This document shows positions 36,330-64,000 of a stretch of DNA of 64,000 nt, one piece after another. Position 1 is the first letter of the stretch, and each line of letters starts with the position of its first letter. Under the pieces are notes generated by a model. That model had not been told where the DNA came from. It saw only the letters and a list, made by a program, of their open reading frames with translations, and searched no databases. This DNA comes from Macrostomum lignano (taxonomy: Eukaryota). The stretch lies in assembly GCA_002269645.1 (NCBI GenBank), contig NIVC01000942.1:166325-230324 (forward strand), written 5' to 3'. Position numbers and translations under genes: made by a program.

Positions 36330-36774
36330 TTGCAGTCCAATGGAGAGGCAGGACAATCCAATGTACAGCAGAAGAAGGGCATTCCAAGAATCAGTCCGTG
36401 TAAAGTTGCGGTTGCAGTAGCCAGAGGCATCGGCTACTGCAACCAGAAGTCATCGGCAAAATTTTCGTCGCAACAAAAGCTCTGAGATGGAATTAGCGAG
36501 CGTTGGAAATCTTCAATAGAAAATTTATTTATCTTCTAAAGTTTTCGTAGAAAACGACTCTTTATCGGATTTAGAGATCACGAAAGAGACTTGAAAATTA
36601 ATTTTTGACTACAAAAAATAAGTTCCGAGATGCTGGAATTTCTTCTCACTGAAAAATAGATGCAGCGGACATGTCTGGGAAAGGGAGGGGACAGGTTGGT
36701 TACTCAAAGCGGACAGGTTCAACAATCATTTGGACAGGTAGCTGGGACACTCCAGTAGAAATTTAGGACAATCA

Positions 36775-37440
36775 TCACGAGGACAGGTAAAAGCAATATC
36801 AAGCGGACAGGTAAGACAATCAGGTGGACAGGTAGAACAATCAAGTGGACAGGTAAGACAATCAAGTGGACAGGTAGGACAATCAAGTGGACAGGTAAGA
36901 CAATCAGGTGGACAGTAGGACAATCAATTAGACAGGTAAGACAATCAGGTGGACAGGTAGAACAATCAAGTGGACAGGTAAGACAATCAAGTGGACAGAT
37001 AGGACTAACAGGTCGACAGGTAGGACAATTAAGTGGACAGGTAGGACAATCAGGTGAACAGGTAAAACAATTAAGGTGGACAGATAGGAAAATCATGTGG
37101 ACAGGTAGGACAAACAGGTGGACAGGTAGGACAATCAAGTGGACAGGTAGGACAAACAGGTCGACAGGTAGGACAATTAAGTGGACAGGTAGGACAAACA
37201 GGTCGACAGGTAGGACAATTAAGTGGACAGGTAGGACAATCAGGTGAACAGGTAAAACAATTAAGGTGGACAGATAGAAAAATCATGTGGACAGGTAGGA
37301 CAATCAGGCGGACAGGTAGGACAATCAGGTGGACAGGTAGGACAATCAGGTTGACAGGTAGGACGCTTCAATGGATAGCATAAGGAAAATCACACGGACA
37401 GGTAATACAATGGACAGGTAAGGGCAAGACGAGCGGACAG
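36775..37440. repeat. 21-bp minisatellite GGACAGGTAGGACAATCAAGT directly after the mGluR stop
   Basis: About 30 units; shares the ACAGGTAGG core with the neighbouring array. Confidence 0.95.
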
Positions 37441-37493
37441 GCCGGGAATGGACTGAGGTAGCGAGCAGGCTGTGCACCAGGCGGACCCCTCAG

Positions 37494-60350
<22,857 letters not shown>

Positions 60351-60924
60351 TAGATTTTTTTAAAGTGTATTTCCGAATTCAAGAACAGCTGAAGGTCAAT
60401 GCAGAGCTGGAAGCGGCAGGAGTGGCCATGAGGTGTTGGAGTCGCCGCAGCCGGTGCAGCTCTGGATAAGGAAAGCAGTGGAGCTGCTGGCGTCTCACTG
60501 TTGGATACTTGCGATGAAAGTAGCATTTCTAGGAGTCACCGCAGGCAGCCGCTGGGTCGCCCATTGGTTGAGAGGCGAAGTCAGCCAATGGAAATGGGGT
60601 GCTGGCACAGTACATGTGCAGATATTAAGAAGCGAGACTGTGTTGGTATATTCAGTGGTATTTTGCGAATCTGTTTAAGGCGTCTGAAGTTTACATTAAC
60701 ATTAGCCCCCTGATCCTTACTAAGATAATCATAATGTCTTCATTACAAGCAACATACTAATAAAAAACTTCTCAAGTCTAATCTAATATCAATTAAAAAG
60801 TACAACTCACCTCCTTGGTCCTAAGGTACATTCTAAAGTCTTCCTTAGATTCATGTCTAAAGATACACTCCTACATCCACACTAAATCTATGCCTAAAGT
60901 CCTCCTTAAGATCCGGAAAGATCC

Positions 60925-62222
60925 CTTCCTAATGATCCATTCCTAAAGATCCATTCCTAAAGATCCATTCCTAAAGATCCATTCCTAAAGATCCATTCCT
61001 AAAGATCCATTCCTAAAGATCCATTCCTACAGATCCATTCCTAAAGATCCATTCCTAAAGATCCATTCCTAAAGATCCATTCCTAAAGATCCATTCCTCC
61101 AGATCCATTTCTAAAGATCCATTCCTAGAGATCCATTCCTCCAGATCCATTCCTAGAGATCCATTCCTCCAGATCCATTCCTCCAGATCCATTCCTAGGG
61201 ATCCATTCCTACAGATCCATTCCTAGGGATCCATTCCTACAGATCCATTCCTCCAGATCCATTCCTAGGGATCCATTCCTACAGATCCATTCCTCCAGAT
61301 CCATTCCTAGGGATCCATTCCTACAGATCCATTCCTCCAGATCCATTCCTAGGGATCCATTCCTACAGATCCATTCCTAAAGATCCATTCCTAAAGATCC
61401 ATTCCTAAAGATCCATTCCTAAAGATCCATTCCTAGAGATCCATTCCTCCAGATCCATTCCTCCAGATCCATTCCTCCAGATCCATTTCTAGGGATCCAT
61501 TCCTACAGATCCATTCCTACAGATCCATTCCTACAGATCCATTCCTACAGATCCATTCCTACAGATCCATTCCTCCAGATCCATTCCTAGGATCCATTCC
61601 TACAGATCCATTCCTAGGGATCCATTCCTACAGATCCATTCCTACAGATCCATTCCTCCAGATCCATTCCTAGGGATCCATTCCTACAGATCCATTCCTA
61701 GGGATCCATTCCTACAGATCCATTCCTCCAGATCCATTCCTAGGGATCCATTCCTACAGATCCATTCCTCCAGATCCATTCCTAGGGATCCATTCCTACA
61801 GATCCATTCCTCCAGATCCATTCCTAGGGATCCATTCCTCCAGATCCATTCCTAGGGATCCATTCCTACAGATCCATTCCTAAAGATCCATTCCTAAAGA
61901 TCCATTCCTAAAGATCCATTCCTAAAGATCCATTCCTAGAGATCCATTCCTACAGATCCATTTCTAGGGATCCATTCCTACAGATCCATTCCTCCAGATC
62001 CATTCCTCCAGATCCATTCCTAGGGATCCATTCCTACAGATCCATTCCTCCAGATCCATTCCTAGGGATCCATTCCTACAGATCCATTCCTAAAGATCCA
62101 TTTCTAGGGATCCATTCCTACAGATCCATTCCTACAGATCCATTCCTACAGATCCATTCCTACAGATCCATTCCTAGGGATCCATTCCTACAGATCCATT
62201 CCTAGGGATCCATTCCTAAAGA
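60925..62222. repeat. 14-bp minisatellite GATCCATTCCT(AAA/ACA/CCA/AGG) upstream of mGluR
   Basis: About 92 units whose variation is mostly at the last three positions. Confidence 0.97.
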
Positions 62223-63564
62223 TTCATTCTTGAAGCCAAGCTTCGAAGGTCCACTCTCTAGAGTTTGATCCTACAAGCCCCTATAAGTTGGCGCGCTTCT
62301 CGACCCCCATTTTTCATCTGCATTGACTTTTCAACTTTTAGATCTACAATGTCAGTGGGCAAACATACGCATGCAAGAAGTCTGCAGTTCCCAAAAGGTT
62401 GCCGCTTCATTTCCCCTCTCATAGCGGCTGCTCCCAGTCCCCTTGCTGCCCAATTTTGGGTCTCGTCGTCATTGTCCAGACGGGGCTGTCTCGGGTCGGA
62501 TTCAAGGGCCTGGCGGCTGCTGGCAACCCGAGATGCCGAGCCAGAGGGGGGGGGGCTGCATAGCCTGTTCAGTTCTCACTGGGATTCGGGCATAAGGATG
62601 AGAAAGTTATTGACACTGTAGTTGAGTTCAGATGCACCTCTTCTCACTTGTACCCCCCTGTCTGACACATCTTTGCTCGGCAAATTTCTCTCCCTTCTGT
62701 CTGCTCCCTCTGCTTCTCATGTCTCATTTATTCCGAACTTATAACTCCCACAATAACCTCCATCCTATACCCTCTCCAACCTGTACCCTCTCCTCTCAAT
62801 CCTATACCCTCCTCTCCATCATATACCCTCTTGTCTCCATCCTATACCTCTCTTCTCCATCTTATACCCTCTTCTGCAATCAGCCCCCTTTTTGATACCC
62901 TCTGCTACCCTCTACCTCTCCAACCTACGCTCTTTTCTGCCTACCCTTCCTCCACCTCCTCAATAATCTTTTTTAATCCTTTTCTTTGTTCACTTTGAGC
63001 TTCAAAAGCTCCAAAATGGAATTTTCAGCTTCAAAATATGCCCCACAATTTTACACTAACAAACAGGCCACTTTGAAACGCTATCTTAATGGAAAATACT
63101 GTCTCAAACGGGAATGTAGTCAAGCAGCCTTCTGAGATGGGATTTAATCTATCTCGATAAGCTGAGCCTCGACCAAGGCTTGACTGCCTGTTTCTTCCAT
63201 TCCTCCCCCCACAAAGCCAGTGTTTGCAGATCGGGACACGGCGATGGCCAGACAGCAGTCGCTGCGCTCAGGAGATCCGTGATGCCGCATTCCAGCCTCC
63301 CTCGTTCCAGCCTCTCTCTAATCCCGGAGCGATTACGCACCAGCGGCCTATTTGCTGTGCATTTTAAGGCCTCTTTATTTCCCGCGCCCAGTTACTACTG
63401 AGCTCAAACCTGACGGTCGCAGTGATTTTATGGCAGTTTACTATTATTTCTCCATCTTTGCTATCTGCTTCCTTTGCGCGGGAGGCTGGCTTGAAGGAAC
63501 GTACAGTATCGGTGTACTTTTTTATAAACATTCTTAACCGAAGAGTACATACATACAAGCAGGC

Positions 63565-64000
63565 GTGTCGCCACCGGGGGGGAACAGGGTGGACATGTCC
63601 CCCCCCAGTAAAAAAGCTATGGGGGACATGCCAATTCTTTGTCCCCTCACCCCACCTTGTGACTCGTTGTGGTAATCAATAATTTTTCTTTCAGGGCGTC
63701 AAAATGGAGCGCCTTCGGCGCCAAAATGAGTGCCTGCAGCGCTAAATGAGTGCCTGTGGCGCCAAAATGAGTGCCTGCAGCGCTAAATGAGTGCCTGCGC
63801 GCTAAAAATGAGTGCCTGCACGCTAAATGATGCCTATGGCGCCAAAATGAGTGCCTGCGGCGCTAAAATGAGTGCCTGCAGCGCTAAAATGAGTGCCTGC
63901 GGCGCTAAAATGAGTGCCTGCAGCGCTAAATGAGTGCCTATGGCGCCAAAATGAGTGCCTGCGGCGCTAAAATGAGTGCCTGCGGCGCTAAAATGAGTGC
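63565..64000. mobile_element. Probable MITE-like element head (GGCGTGTCGCCACCGGGGGGG...GGACATGTCCCCCCC) followed by a 21-22-bp array GGCGC(C/T)AAAATGAGTGCCTGC running off the right edge
   Basis: Palindromic GGACATGTCC, GCGCCTTCGGCGC motif, then an array that is the reverse complement of the 6415-7112 family. Confidence 0.45.

Overview
Eukaryotic (animal) genomic DNA with spliced genes; no prokaryotic features. GC-rich, Ala-rich exons separated by introns packed with minisatellites suggest a free-living flatworm such as Macrostomum (inference from style, not verified). I reconstructed six genes by hand from GT-AG boundaries, exon phases and recalled family sequences: CFAP91 (minus, 5' part, runs off the left edge), then four co-oriented plus-strand genes (GTF2H5, NTAN1, THOC7, an ASK1/MAP3K5-family kinase), then a group I metabotropic glutamate receptor (minus). 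About 38 different tandem arrays make up roughly 40% of the window by hand tally and generate most long ORFs in the supplied track, which are artefacts. Best leads: (1) an unannotated duplicated exon in ASK1 intron 1 that is homologous and phase-identical to exon 2, so probably mutually exclusive; (2) an ASK1 first coding exon with no in-frame ATG but a phase-0 acceptor, within an operon-like four-gene run, consistent with spliced-leader trans-splicing supplying the AUG; (3) a 4.9-kb inverted-repeat-bounded element that appears to split a (GACA)n tract and carries a higher-order satellite; (4) three frame-break sites in ASK1 and mGluR, all repairable by adding single bases in short homopolymers (assembly error or a decaying duplicate).
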